Assembly (NCBI RefSeq): GCF_000007985.2
Contig: NC_002939.5
Coordinates: 3,570,001 to 3,602,000 of the forward strand
DNA: 32,000 nucleotides
Source of the DNA: Geobacter sulfurreducens PCA
GTDB lineage: Bacteria > Desulfobacterota > Desulfuromonadia > Geobacterales > Geobacteraceae
Reading direction: 5' to 3'
The notes beneath the pieces were generated by a model. It had not been told where the DNA came from, searched no databases, and saw only the letters and a program-made list of their open reading frames with translations. This document shows, in pieces, positions 18,082 to 25,114 of this stretch. The translations under genes were made by a program, and so were the position numbers. Position 1 is the first letter of the stretch; every line of letters starts with the position of its first letter.

Positions 18082-19491
18082 TTAAAAACTGATCAGTGAG
18101 CGCAGCCCCAGTGCCACCACGTCATCCCTGCTGCTGTCCCCCAGAGGATTGATCAGGTACTGAACCACAGGCGCGATGCTGATCTGCTCGTTCACCTGGA
18201 CCTTGTAGTAGAGCTCCGCCAGTTTTTCCTGTGAGTCAGCACCCACGGCCTTCACCTGTCCGTAGGCAAAGCCGAGGACATCATCCTTGCGCTCGGGAAG
18301 CAGCCCGGCGTACTGTCCGCCGGCGCTCCAGGCCATCTTCGTGGCATAGACGTCCTCGTCACGCTGGCCATAGCGCACGAACAGGGTCAGCTTGTCGGTC
18401 ACCTGCTGGTCAGCGCTGATCCCGAACCCGAAGGCGTTTTTTTCCTGCAGCTTCACCTCGCCATCGGCACGCGCTCCGTCCAGGCTGCCATAGACGCGGT
18501 AGTTCCCTTCCAGTTCACCTACCTTGAGGGTGTAGTCCAGCTCGGCTATTCCGTAGCCGTGCGAGAACACATCCTCCGTGTCGGTGTCGCCGCTGCCGTA
18601 GCCGAGGCCGAAGGTGAGCGGCTCGCCCAGCTTTGCCTGGAGCCTGGCTCCCGGCCCGTTGCCGGGGGCACCCAGAACCGCCGAGTTCACGAAGGCTCCG
18701 GCCAGAAACTGGCTGTTCTCGTCGTTTGCCACGCCGTTGGCGTCGAAGTAGTTGGTCAGGTCGATCTTGCCGGCGGTTAGGATCAGGCGTTCATCGAACG
18801 CCGCATGCTCTACCCATGCTTCGCGGAAGCGGACCGTATCACCGGTGCTGCCGGCCACGGCGTTCAGCAGCGAGAAGCTGGGCACCCTGGTGTCGATGCC
18901 GTTGCCGCCGGTCGCCTCCACGTCGATCACCGCGATGGTGTTCTCACCCACCTTGAAACTGAAGACCAGGTCTCCCCTGCCGACCACGTCCACGTGGTCG
19001 GAGGGCTCATTGCCGATGGAGCCCTGGAGGACCCCCACCAGTCCCCCGCTGAGGGAGATGTTCTTGGTGATGGCGGTGAGCCTGGTGCCGAGACCCTCCC
19101 GGCGCTGCTGGAAGGTACGGGTGCGTGCCAGGAGCATTTCCCCGCGCAGTTCGTCCTGGAGCTCCGCCAGGAGCACCAGGTCTTCCTTGGCCACGGCGGC
19201 CGAGCCTTCCTTCACCACTTTCTCCGCCAGTTTCTCGGTCAGCAGCTCCAGCACCACCGCCAGGTCCGTGCGGGTGTAGCACACCTGGCCCGCCTCGAAT
19301 TCCTTTGAGAACAACCCCTCCACCTGATACGTGGCCGCAAGCCGTAAGATCTCCTGGCAGGCCTTGTGCTTTACCTCGACCTTCTCGGGAAGAGCAAATT
19401 CCGGATTGCGCGCCTGGGCTCCCGTGGAGCCGACGACCAGACTCCCGAGCAGCGCGAGACCCACCACCAACACCTTCTTCATGTTCCGCAT
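18082..19491 (-). CDS. Outer-membrane beta-barrel porin, OprB (carbohydrate-selective porin)-like, with an N-terminal helical segment
   Basis: Start at ATG 19491, with AGGAGG 4 nt upstream. Signal peptide MRNMKKVLVVGLALLGSLVVGSTGAQA. A helical or coiled region is followed by alternating beta-strand pattern. The C-terminal ...LRSLISF ends in Phe, as OMPs do. Confidence 0.78.
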   Translation of the reverse strand: MRNMKKVLVVGLALLGSLVVGSTGAQARNPEFALPEKVEVKHKACQEILRLAATYQVEGLFSKEFEAGQVCYTRTDLAVVLELLTEKLAEKVVKEGSAAVAKEDLVLLAELQDELRGEMLLARTRTFQQRREGLGTRLTAITKNISLSGGLVGVLQGSIGNEPSDHVDVVGRGDLVFSFKVGENTIAVIDVEATGGNGIDTRVPSFSLLNAVAGSTGDTVRFREAWVEHAAFDERLILTAGKIDLTNYFDANGVANDENSQFLAGAFVNSAVLGAPGNGPGARLQAKLGEPLTFGLGYGSGDTDTEDVFSHGYGIAELDYTLKVGELEGNYRVYGSLDGARADGEVKLQEKNAFGFGISADQQVTDKLTLFVRYGQRDEDVYATKMAWSAGGQYAGLLPERKDDVLGFAYGQVKAVGADSQEKLAELYYKVQVNEQISIAPVVQYLINPLGDSSRDDVVALGLRSLISF

Positions 19492-19554
19492 GTTCCCTCC
19501 TTGTCGTGTCGCTCCAGCCGGCAGATACCGCCATCGGCTCCGTCGACCACCATA

Positions 19555-19572
19555 AAAATGAATTCCATTTTC
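19555..19572. promoter_or_regulatory. AT-rich inverted repeat, candidate Fur-type operator upstream of the porin-feo genes
   Basis: AAAATG-AATTC-CATTTT(C). It matches 12 of 19 positions of the classical Fur box GATAATGATAATCATTATC and lies ~65 nt upstream of the porin start. Confidence 0.3.
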
Positions 19573-19667
19573 AATTGCTGAGCGTAAACTGTCCACGCAT
19601 TCATGCCGATGCCCGAGGTCCAGTGCTGCTCCGGCCTTTGCGTGCGTCGTTCCATAAGTAATGTTTG

Positions 19668-20717
19668 TCAGGAATGGTTTTTCCGCCGACCCAGGTCCGG
19701 CCGATCCGATTCCCCGACATGGGCGACCGTGGCGGTAAGGCAACTCAGGCAATCCCTAAGCGTGCAGACACCACACGAATGGTGCATGAAGACTGGGATA
19801 CCATTCTGCTTCGCCACGGCCATGGCCTCGTTCTTCACCCGGTGGGACACCTTGTTGGTGAAGATGACCAAGGCATCGAAGCGCTTCAATTTGACGGCGA
19901 TATTGTTTTCCGACTGGGAGAACATTCGCAGCTCCACCCCTGAACGGACCGCCTCTTCCCGATAGTGTTTCTCCAGGCGGTCCATGCCGCCGATCACCGC
20001 AATGCACATGGCCTTACCCCCATAACTATGACTTTCAATTTCATCAAAACCGACAACTGGGCGTGGTGACCCGTCCGCCAGACAATCGAGCGCCGACGTG
20101 CATCTGTTCAAGCGTTCCGCCATCCGAGCCCGGCAACAGCGAAAGACTTCGGCAAGGCGCAGACTCTCCCTGGGATCGCCGAATATCTTCCACGGCCCCT
20201 GGCAGGCGAACGGAATCCTCACCAACCCCATGAATGCCGCCACATCTTTAAGGGGATAGCCTAGAAACACCCCGATCTCATGAGGGAATCGGTCACCGTC
20301 AATGCGAGTCGACAGTTCCGTCAGCACTTCATCAAGCCCGGTTGCAGCACCGTATCCCGCCCGCGCCAGCACTGCTGAAGCACTGGGGCGGCGCAGCAGC
20401 GCCTCAAGGGCTTCCGGGCGATAAAGAAGCAGCAACAATGAATCCCCACGGTCGGACAACTCCCGGACGGCAAGGCCGCTCTCGCCCAGCACCATCGCCC
20501 CCCACTGCTTCCAGAGGACGTAAAGGTTGCGGCCGCATGCACGGGTACGGTTGGCGATACCGATCAGGTTGGCGGGCTTTTCGCCCGCAAGCACCTCAGC
20601 CGCTTCCAGCGCGAGAAACGACGCAAGACACTCCCGGGGCTCATCGAACCGTTCCGCCAGATCGTGCCAGACCGGCCGCCGGACACCGTGCCGCATTTCC
20701 GAAATCATCTGCCCCAT
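19668..20717 (-). CDS. Uncharacterised cytoplasmic protein, DUF3793-like N-domain fused to DUF2325-like C-domain with a terminal Cys cluster
   Basis: EVLAGEKPANL and FPHEIGVFLGYPLKDV...CQGPWKIF resemble DUF3793. CIAVIGG...DALVIFTNKVSHRVKNEAMAVAKQNGIPV resembles DUF2325. The C-terminus carries CGVC-x4-CLSC. It starts 18 nt after the pccH stop. Confidence 0.75.
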   Translation of the reverse strand: MGQMISEMRHGVRRPVWHDLAERFDEPRECLASFLALEAAEVLAGEKPANLIGIANRTRACGRNLYVLWKQWGAMVLGESGLAVRELSDRGDSLLLLLYRPEALEALLRRPSASAVLARAGYGAATGLDEVLTELSTRIDGDRFPHEIGVFLGYPLKDVAAFMGLVRIPFACQGPWKIFGDPRESLRLAEVFRCCRARMAERLNRCTSALDCLADGSPRPVVGFDEIESHSYGGKAMCIAVIGGMDRLEKHYREEAVRSGVELRMFSQSENNIAVKLKRFDALVIFTNKVSHRVKNEAMAVAKQNGIPVFMHHSCGVCTLRDCLSCLTATVAHVGESDRPDLGRRKNHS

Positions 20718-20735
20718 GGCAACCCCTTTCCCTCG

Positions 20736-21188
20736 TCAGTACGTGACCGTGATGGCGTTAAGCTCTTCCTTGGTAATGTCGGGCCATTTTTTGAGATTCC
20801 AGACCCCGACCCACGCCTTGAAAACCGCGAGGTTTCTTTGTCGTTCTTCCTCGGTGGCACCGAGATGCCGGTACATATTCCCCGGCTTGGCATCCTTGCT
20901 GTTTTTGCCGTCGTCAAGCCTGCGCATGAGGGCGCCGGTGTCAGGCCACGCCGTATAAAAAATCAGGTGGCTGTATGTGTCCATCCGCATCCCCTGCCCC
21001 TTGGCAAGCCATTTTTCCTTCTCGGCCTTGAAGGCGTGGTATTCGGGGGCAGCATCCGCGCCATGGCAGCCTGCACACCTGACATCGAAGATCGGCTTGA
21101 TGTCCTTGCGATAGGTCACCTCGCCACCCCATGCGGTAGCCGCAACCAAAAGGCCCATAACAAGCGAAAGAATAGTTGTTTTTTGCAC
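20736..21188 (-). CDS. pccH: Periplasmic monohaem c-type cytochrome PccH
   Basis: Single CAGCH motif in the context IKPIFDVRCAGCHG. Signal peptide ...LLVAATAWG|GE leaves a 129-aa mature part. I prefer the GTG start at 21188 (AAGGGG RBS 6 nt upstream). The TTG at 21233 in the track would put a predicted promoter and operator inside the ORF. The sequence matches my recollection of GSU3274. Confidence 0.82.
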   Translation of the reverse strand: MQKTTILSLVMGLLVAATAWGGEVTYRKDIKPIFDVRCAGCHGADAAPEYHAFKAEKEKWLAKGQGMRMDTYSHLIFYTAWPDTGALMRRLDDGKNSKDAKPGNMYRHLGATEEERQRNLAVFKAWVGVWNLKKWPDITKEELNAITVTY

Positions 21189-21208
21189 CGTGGACCCCTT
21201 GTTGAATT

Positions 21209-21223
21209 TGAAAATGTTTTTCA
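21209..21223. promoter_or_regulatory. Fur-type 7-1-7 inverted repeat overlapping the predicted pccH transcription start
   Basis: TGAAAAT-g-TTTTTCA matches 12 of 14 positions of the TGATAAT-n-ATTATCA Fur core. It lies immediately downstream of the candidate -10 element. Confidence 0.4.
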
Positions 21224-21253
21224 CTTTTAACAAGGCCGGGGATATGTTGTCAA
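21224..21253 (-). promoter_or_regulatory. Candidate sigma70 promoter for pccH
   Basis: On the minus strand: TTGACA (21253-21248), 18 nt spacer, TG-n-TAAAAG (extended -10, 21229-21224). Confidence 0.4.
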
Positions 21254-21335
21254 TGTTTTTTTGCAGTCGGAGCCCCGGAACGTATTTAACTGTGCCTATA
21301 GGGAGGCGACCGCATTTCCATGATGTATTAAAGTG

Positions 21336-21364
21336 TTGATTCTCCGACGCCGGTTTCTTAGAAT
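21336..21364 (+). promoter_or_regulatory. Candidate sigma70 promoter for the 21395 operon
   Basis: TTGATT (21336-21341), 17 nt spacer, TAGAAT (21359-21364). It lies ~30 nt upstream of the GTG start. Confidence 0.45.
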
Positions 21365-21394
21365 ACGGCCAGCTTCAGGGAAAGCGGGGGACAC

Positions 21395-22624
21395 GTGGTC
21401 ACAATCCTACTCATTGCCGATCAAGCTCGGCTTGAAGGACTCTTCAGCTTCACGAAGGAGTCTTCTCAGATTCACTTCAGGATGTGTCGGACCCTGAACC
21501 AGGGCACCGAGGAGATGGCCGAATCCTCCCCCGACTTCCTCTTCATCCAGAACCATCTGTCGGGACTTTCGGGCGAAATTCTCGCACGGCACCTGATCTC
21601 GGGCCAAACGGACGGGCGACCGACGATCGTTCTGTTCGGCGATGCGACCGAGTGCACACCGGTGCCAGGCGTAATCGACTCATGCCTGGACCTCACTCAG
21701 GCGGATGTGGTCCTCTCCGCCGCCATTATCGGTCTCATTACCGGCGCCATGCACCGGCAGGACGTGCCGGCGGTGACGGAGGCAGGGGCCGAAACGGAGG
21801 AGGCCGCCACCCCATCCCAGGCGACGCAGGTGGCCGACGATGTCCCCCCGACTCCGGAACCAACGGAGCCGTCCCCCTTTGACCAGAAATTACAGAGTGT
21901 CTTGGAAGAGACCCTTCCCCCGGTGCCTCTAGCCGAGATCGAGGAGCACGTGGCCCTTGGCCGGCAGGCTGAACCTGCGCATGAAGACGCGCCCCAGGAA
22001 CAGCCTGCCCGCAGTCGGCCCGGCGCCTTGCGGTCCACGGTCAGGCCGTTCGCTATCGGGATAGCTGTGTTGATTGTCGCGGCAGCGGTCATCTATCTCG
22101 CCGTCTCGCTTGGCACCAACTCCACAACGCACCCCACGCAGACCCCAGTTGCCGAGGTTAAACCTACGCCTTCCGGCACAGCGCAGCAGAAGCCAGCGTC
22201 GCAGCCGCCGGCACCTGCACCGGAGACATTGCCTCCGGCGATCGCTCCCGCCCAGACCCCACCGGCCGGCATGACCGAACTGCCCCCCTTCATCCCTCGC
22301 CAGAAACCTGACCGCGCGTATGGCGAAAAAAATCCCGGATGGGAGCGATACCTGGGCGCCCGCACCGAGTTCAAGGTCTACCGCGAGGCAGGTATCATCA
22401 AGGCGATCCAGTCCATCGACCGTAGCGGTGTCGGGATCCCCGAATCGTTCATGCGCGGAGCCCTTGAGCAAATGACCCGGGTACGACAGTTCTCAATCAA
22501 CGGCAAGGAAACCAAGGGCTCTTTCCACGTGGAAAAGGGTACGACCACGGCCGGGGCCAGGATACTGATCTACCGGACAGCGCCCAAAGGCTCCATCAGG
22601 GCGTTTGTAGTCTATTTCCCCTGA
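21395..22624 (+). CDS. Bitopic membrane protein: degenerate receiver-like cytoplasmic domain, TM helix, Pro-rich spacer, and an unknown ~120-aa periplasmic domain
   Basis: GTG start with a GGGGGA RBS. Receiver-like strand pattern ILLIAD / PDFLFIQNHLSGLSG / TIVLFG, but without the acceptor Asp. TM helix FAIGIAVLIVAAAVIYLAV. Spacer KPASQPPAPAPETLPPAIAPAQTPP. Confidence 0.65.
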   Translation: MVTILLIADQARLEGLFSFTKESSQIHFRMCRTLNQGTEEMAESSPDFLFIQNHLSGLSGEILARHLISGQTDGRPTIVLFGDATECTPVPGVIDSCLDLTQADVVLSAAIIGLITGAMHRQDVPAVTEAGAETEEAATPSQATQVADDVPPTPEPTEPSPFDQKLQSVLEETLPPVPLAEIEEHVALGRQAEPAHEDAPQEQPARSRPGALRSTVRPFAIGIAVLIVAAAVIYLAVSLGTNSTTHPTQTPVAEVKPTPSGTAQQKPASQPPAPAPETLPPAIAPAQTPPAGMTELPPFIPRQKPDRAYGEKNPGWERYLGARTEFKVYREAGIIKAIQSIDRSGVGIPESFMRGALEQMTRVRQFSINGKETKGSFHVEKGTTTAGARILIYRTAPKGSIRAFVVYFP

Positions 22625-22656
22625 TGGCCCTGCCATCCCGCTCTCCGAGGAACCAC

Positions 22657-24309
22657 ATGAACACATGCCATTTCTACCGGGTCCAGTTGCTTCGTGCCTC
22701 TCTTCTGCTCATGGCCATTAGCGCCACGGCGTCAGCCTCCGCCACCTCTTTCGAACTCGACGTGAAGGACCTGCAGACCGTTGCCCCGGCCAAGCGCGCT
22801 CCCAAGCGCAAAGCCCCCGCTCCGGCCGCTTCTGCCGAAACCAAGCGCGATACCGTCCCTGCCGAAACGAAGAGGGGTGTTTCCCGTTATACCGTTAAGC
22901 CGGGTGACTTCATCTTCAAGATACTGATGCGGGAATACGGCCTTTCAAATGCGGCGGCTGAAGCGCTCATCCCTGAAATCCAGAGGATCAACAACCTGCG
23001 GAGCATCACTCGTCTTTCGGTTGGACAGACCATCCTCATTCCCCTTGAGGGGCCACGGGCTGCTGTACGCGTTCAGGAGTTCGGTGAACGCCGGGAGACG
23101 GCCGAACCCGCCGCAACCGTAGCAGTTGCCCCCCCTACGGAGCCATCGCCCCAGGTTGTTGAATCAGGCCCGGCTCCACCGTCTGAGCAGACAGCCCCCC
23201 CTGTTACTGAAGCCGCCGCTCCCGTGCCCCCCCGGCCCGAGCCGGCACCGGCAACGCGCCCCGCTGAAGCAGCACCACCGATCTCCCCGGCACCGGTCGT
23301 CGTTTCGGCGCCCTCCTCTTTCAGCCGGCGGCTCATCACCCTGTGGCAGAGCCTCGTCCCCGGCCAGGAAAGGGTGGAACCCATCACACTCAACGGCAGG
23401 GTGCTCCCGCCCGAGGAATTCCCCCTTCTTCTCGCCGCTGACGGTGGGAAGATACTGGTCGACATGAAAGGGACTCTGCTTCCCCGCGACAAAAGCACCT
23501 TGGCTGAAAGACATCCCGATATCCGGCTGGTCTCGCGCGGAGCCAGCAGTGAACGGGATTTTTTCACCGTCCTGCTGCGCACCGCGGAATTTGCCCACGT
23601 GGAAGAAGACGCCGTCGCCACAATAGGCTCCGATCCCCAGCTCACGGTCAAGGCCGACTACCGAATTACCAGGCTGCCGGCAGTTGCCACGCGTGGACCG
23701 GAAAATGTATTTCTCTTTCTTGAGCGTAACGGGTCCTGCCTCCCAGCAGCACTCATCTCGGCCCTTGCCGATAACGGGATCAACAGTGTGGAATTCTGCG
23801 ATGTCGCTCCGCAGCCGCCGTCGGTACCGGGCTACGAGTTGAGGAGCGTAACCGGCACGACCCCGTGCGAATTGGCTGTCCAATTGCTTGGTGTCCTGGC
23901 CGTGAAGCTTGACCGCAACCGGATTGTATCGGGCTCCATGGGGGAGAATGCGGAGAGCCGGTTCAGCATCCGCGTGGATGGATATTTTGAAAACGACGGG
24001 AAGAAGTTCATCCTGAGCTGTAACGACAATGACTCCTACAACTACACGCTCTTTCGCCTGCTGCAGCTGGAAGGATACGGCATCATCCAACTGGGAGACA
24101 AAGACGACTTCGCCACCGTCGCGGACAAGATCCTCACGGTTCTGCGCTATCCCCACTCCTTCGGCCGCCATGATTTCACCCATGACCGTTATACCGTATC
24201 GGCGCTGGGGTTCAGGGTGACGCGGCTGGGGCCGGTTAGCGGCCGCATGCTGATCATCGATCGCCCCGTGGACCCGGCATTCGCAGAATTATTACAATGG
24301 GAACGCTAG
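22657..24309 (+). CDS. Secreted LysM-domain protein with a Pro-rich spacer and a large unknown C-terminal domain
   Basis: I prefer the ATG at 22657 (AGGA RBS), which gives the signal peptide MNTCHFYRVQLLRASLLLMAISATASASA. The alternative ATG at 22624 overlaps the upstream stop. The LysM domain YTVKPGDFIFKI...LSVGQTILIPL spans ~22888-23046. Confidence 0.75.
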   Translation: MNTCHFYRVQLLRASLLLMAISATASASATSFELDVKDLQTVAPAKRAPKRKAPAPAASAETKRDTVPAETKRGVSRYTVKPGDFIFKILMREYGLSNAAAEALIPEIQRINNLRSITRLSVGQTILIPLEGPRAAVRVQEFGERRETAEPAATVAVAPPTEPSPQVVESGPAPPSEQTAPPVTEAAAPVPPRPEPAPATRPAEAAPPISPAPVVVSAPSSFSRRLITLWQSLVPGQERVEPITLNGRVLPPEEFPLLLAADGGKILVDMKGTLLPRDKSTLAERHPDIRLVSRGASSERDFFTVLLRTAEFAHVEEDAVATIGSDPQLTVKADYRITRLPAVATRGPENVFLFLERNGSCLPAALISALADNGINSVEFCDVAPQPPSVPGYELRSVTGTTPCELAVQLLGVLAVKLDRNRIVSGSMGENAESRFSIRVDGYFENDGKKFILSCNDNDSYNYTLFRLLQLEGYGIIQLGDKDDFATVADKILTVLRYPHSFGRHDFTHDRYTVSALGFRVTRLGPVSGRMLIIDRPVDPAFAELLQWER

Positions 24310-24325
24310 CAGCATAGGGCAGAAA

Positions 24326-24369
24326 ATGCAAAGAGGGGGGCGTCCGTCGGGACACCCCCCTCTTTGCAT
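24326..24369. terminator. Bidirectional terminator hairpin between the convergent operons
   Basis: Perfect 15-bp stem ATGCAAAGAGGGGGG/CCCCCCTCTTTGCAT, with an inner GTCC/GGAC extension. Confidence 0.7.
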
Positions 24370-24405
24370 ATGAACCGCCTGCCGTTCGGCTGAGTGGTTA
24401 GAGCG

Positions 24406-25113
24406 TTACTGACCGGCCATCTTGAGGAAGGCATCCGCACGATAGAGCGTTGCATCGGGGACCAGTGGAGAGGACGGATAACGGGCCAGGAAGCGCTCGA
24501 ACAGCTCAACGGACTGCGAATAGGCTCCTGACTTGTATGCGCTCACTCCTTTCTCGTAGAGAGAGTGCTCGTTATCATCCGCCTTTCCCGTTTGAGGTCG
24601 GTGCGCTTCCGCCGCAGGCCGCGAAGGCACGGGGGGGGTGGCGGCCGCTGGTTCCGGCGTCCGCACGGATGTGGTCACAGTGGACTCCCGCTTTGCCTCC
24701 CGGTGGGCCGCGACCGGCGCAACCTTCTCCCGGGCGGGGCGAACGGCTGACTCTCTTTTTGCCGCGGCGGCCGGAACAGCGGAGGGCTGTTGGCTGAACA
24801 CCGCTTTCGGACCGGCCGGGGCCACCGGCACCATGAGTTTATTGCCGGCGTAGATAAGGTCGGGGTTCTTGATTTCGTTGAAGAGAAGTATCTGGGGGTA
24901 GTACCCGCCCTTACCGTTGTACTTGCGGGAGAGGGAATACAGGGTATCCCCCTTCTGGACGGTAATGCTCTTGACGAGCACTCCCTCGTCCGGGCCCGAA
25001 GGACGGCTCCCTTCCGAAGCCCCGGGCGTATAGAGAAGGTATTCCCCGCCGGCCGCCAGGGAGGCCATGGAGAGGACGAGGGAGGCGGAAACAACCCTGA
25101 GTGCGCTCTTCAT
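24406..25113 (-). CDS. Secreted LysM-domain protein with a C-terminal YbgF/CpoB-like TPR segment
   Basis: Signal peptide MKSALRVVSASLVLSMASLAAG. LysM domain ITVQKGDTLYSLSRKY...YAGNKLMVPV (~24826-24969). Pro/Ala linker. C-terminal YEKGVSAYKSGAYSQSVELFERFLARYPSSPLVPDA. Confidence 0.78.
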   Translation of the reverse strand: MKSALRVVSASLVLSMASLAAGGEYLLYTPGASEGSRPSGPDEGVLVKSITVQKGDTLYSLSRKYNGKGGYYPQILLFNEIKNPDLIYAGNKLMVPVAPAGPKAVFSQQPSAVPAAAAKRESAVRPAREKVAPVAAHREAKRESTVTTSVRTPEPAAATPPVPSRPAAEAHRPQTGKADDNEHSLYEKGVSAYKSGAYSQSVELFERFLARYPSSPLVPDATLYRADAFLKMAGQ

Positions 25114-25114
25114 A

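Noticed and set aside
19479-19655. 58-aa minus-strand ORF (MERRTQRPEQHW...) in the DUF3793-porin gap
   Set aside because: It has no RBS. Its GC3 (~64%) is lower than that of real genes here. It overlaps the porin start and has no recognisable motif. It might correspond to a locus tag in some annotations, but I cannot support it.
19590-19670. GEMM-I (c-di-GMP/cGAMP riboswitch)-like strings GACAAAC ... ACGCACGCAAAGGCCGGAG on the minus strand upstream of the porin gene
   Set aside because: Only the ACGCAAAG core resembles the riboswitch. The P1 stem with its GNRA loop and the conserved GGCAAACC segment are missing. The putative P2 pairing is imperfect, and the 5' part overlaps the preceding gene's stop.
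19492-19752. Upstream extension of the porin ORF (track start 19752)
   Set aside because: It would overlap the 3' end of the DUF3793/DUF2325 gene and place 87 non-signal residues before an obvious signal peptide. The ATG at 19491 has an AGGAGG RBS.
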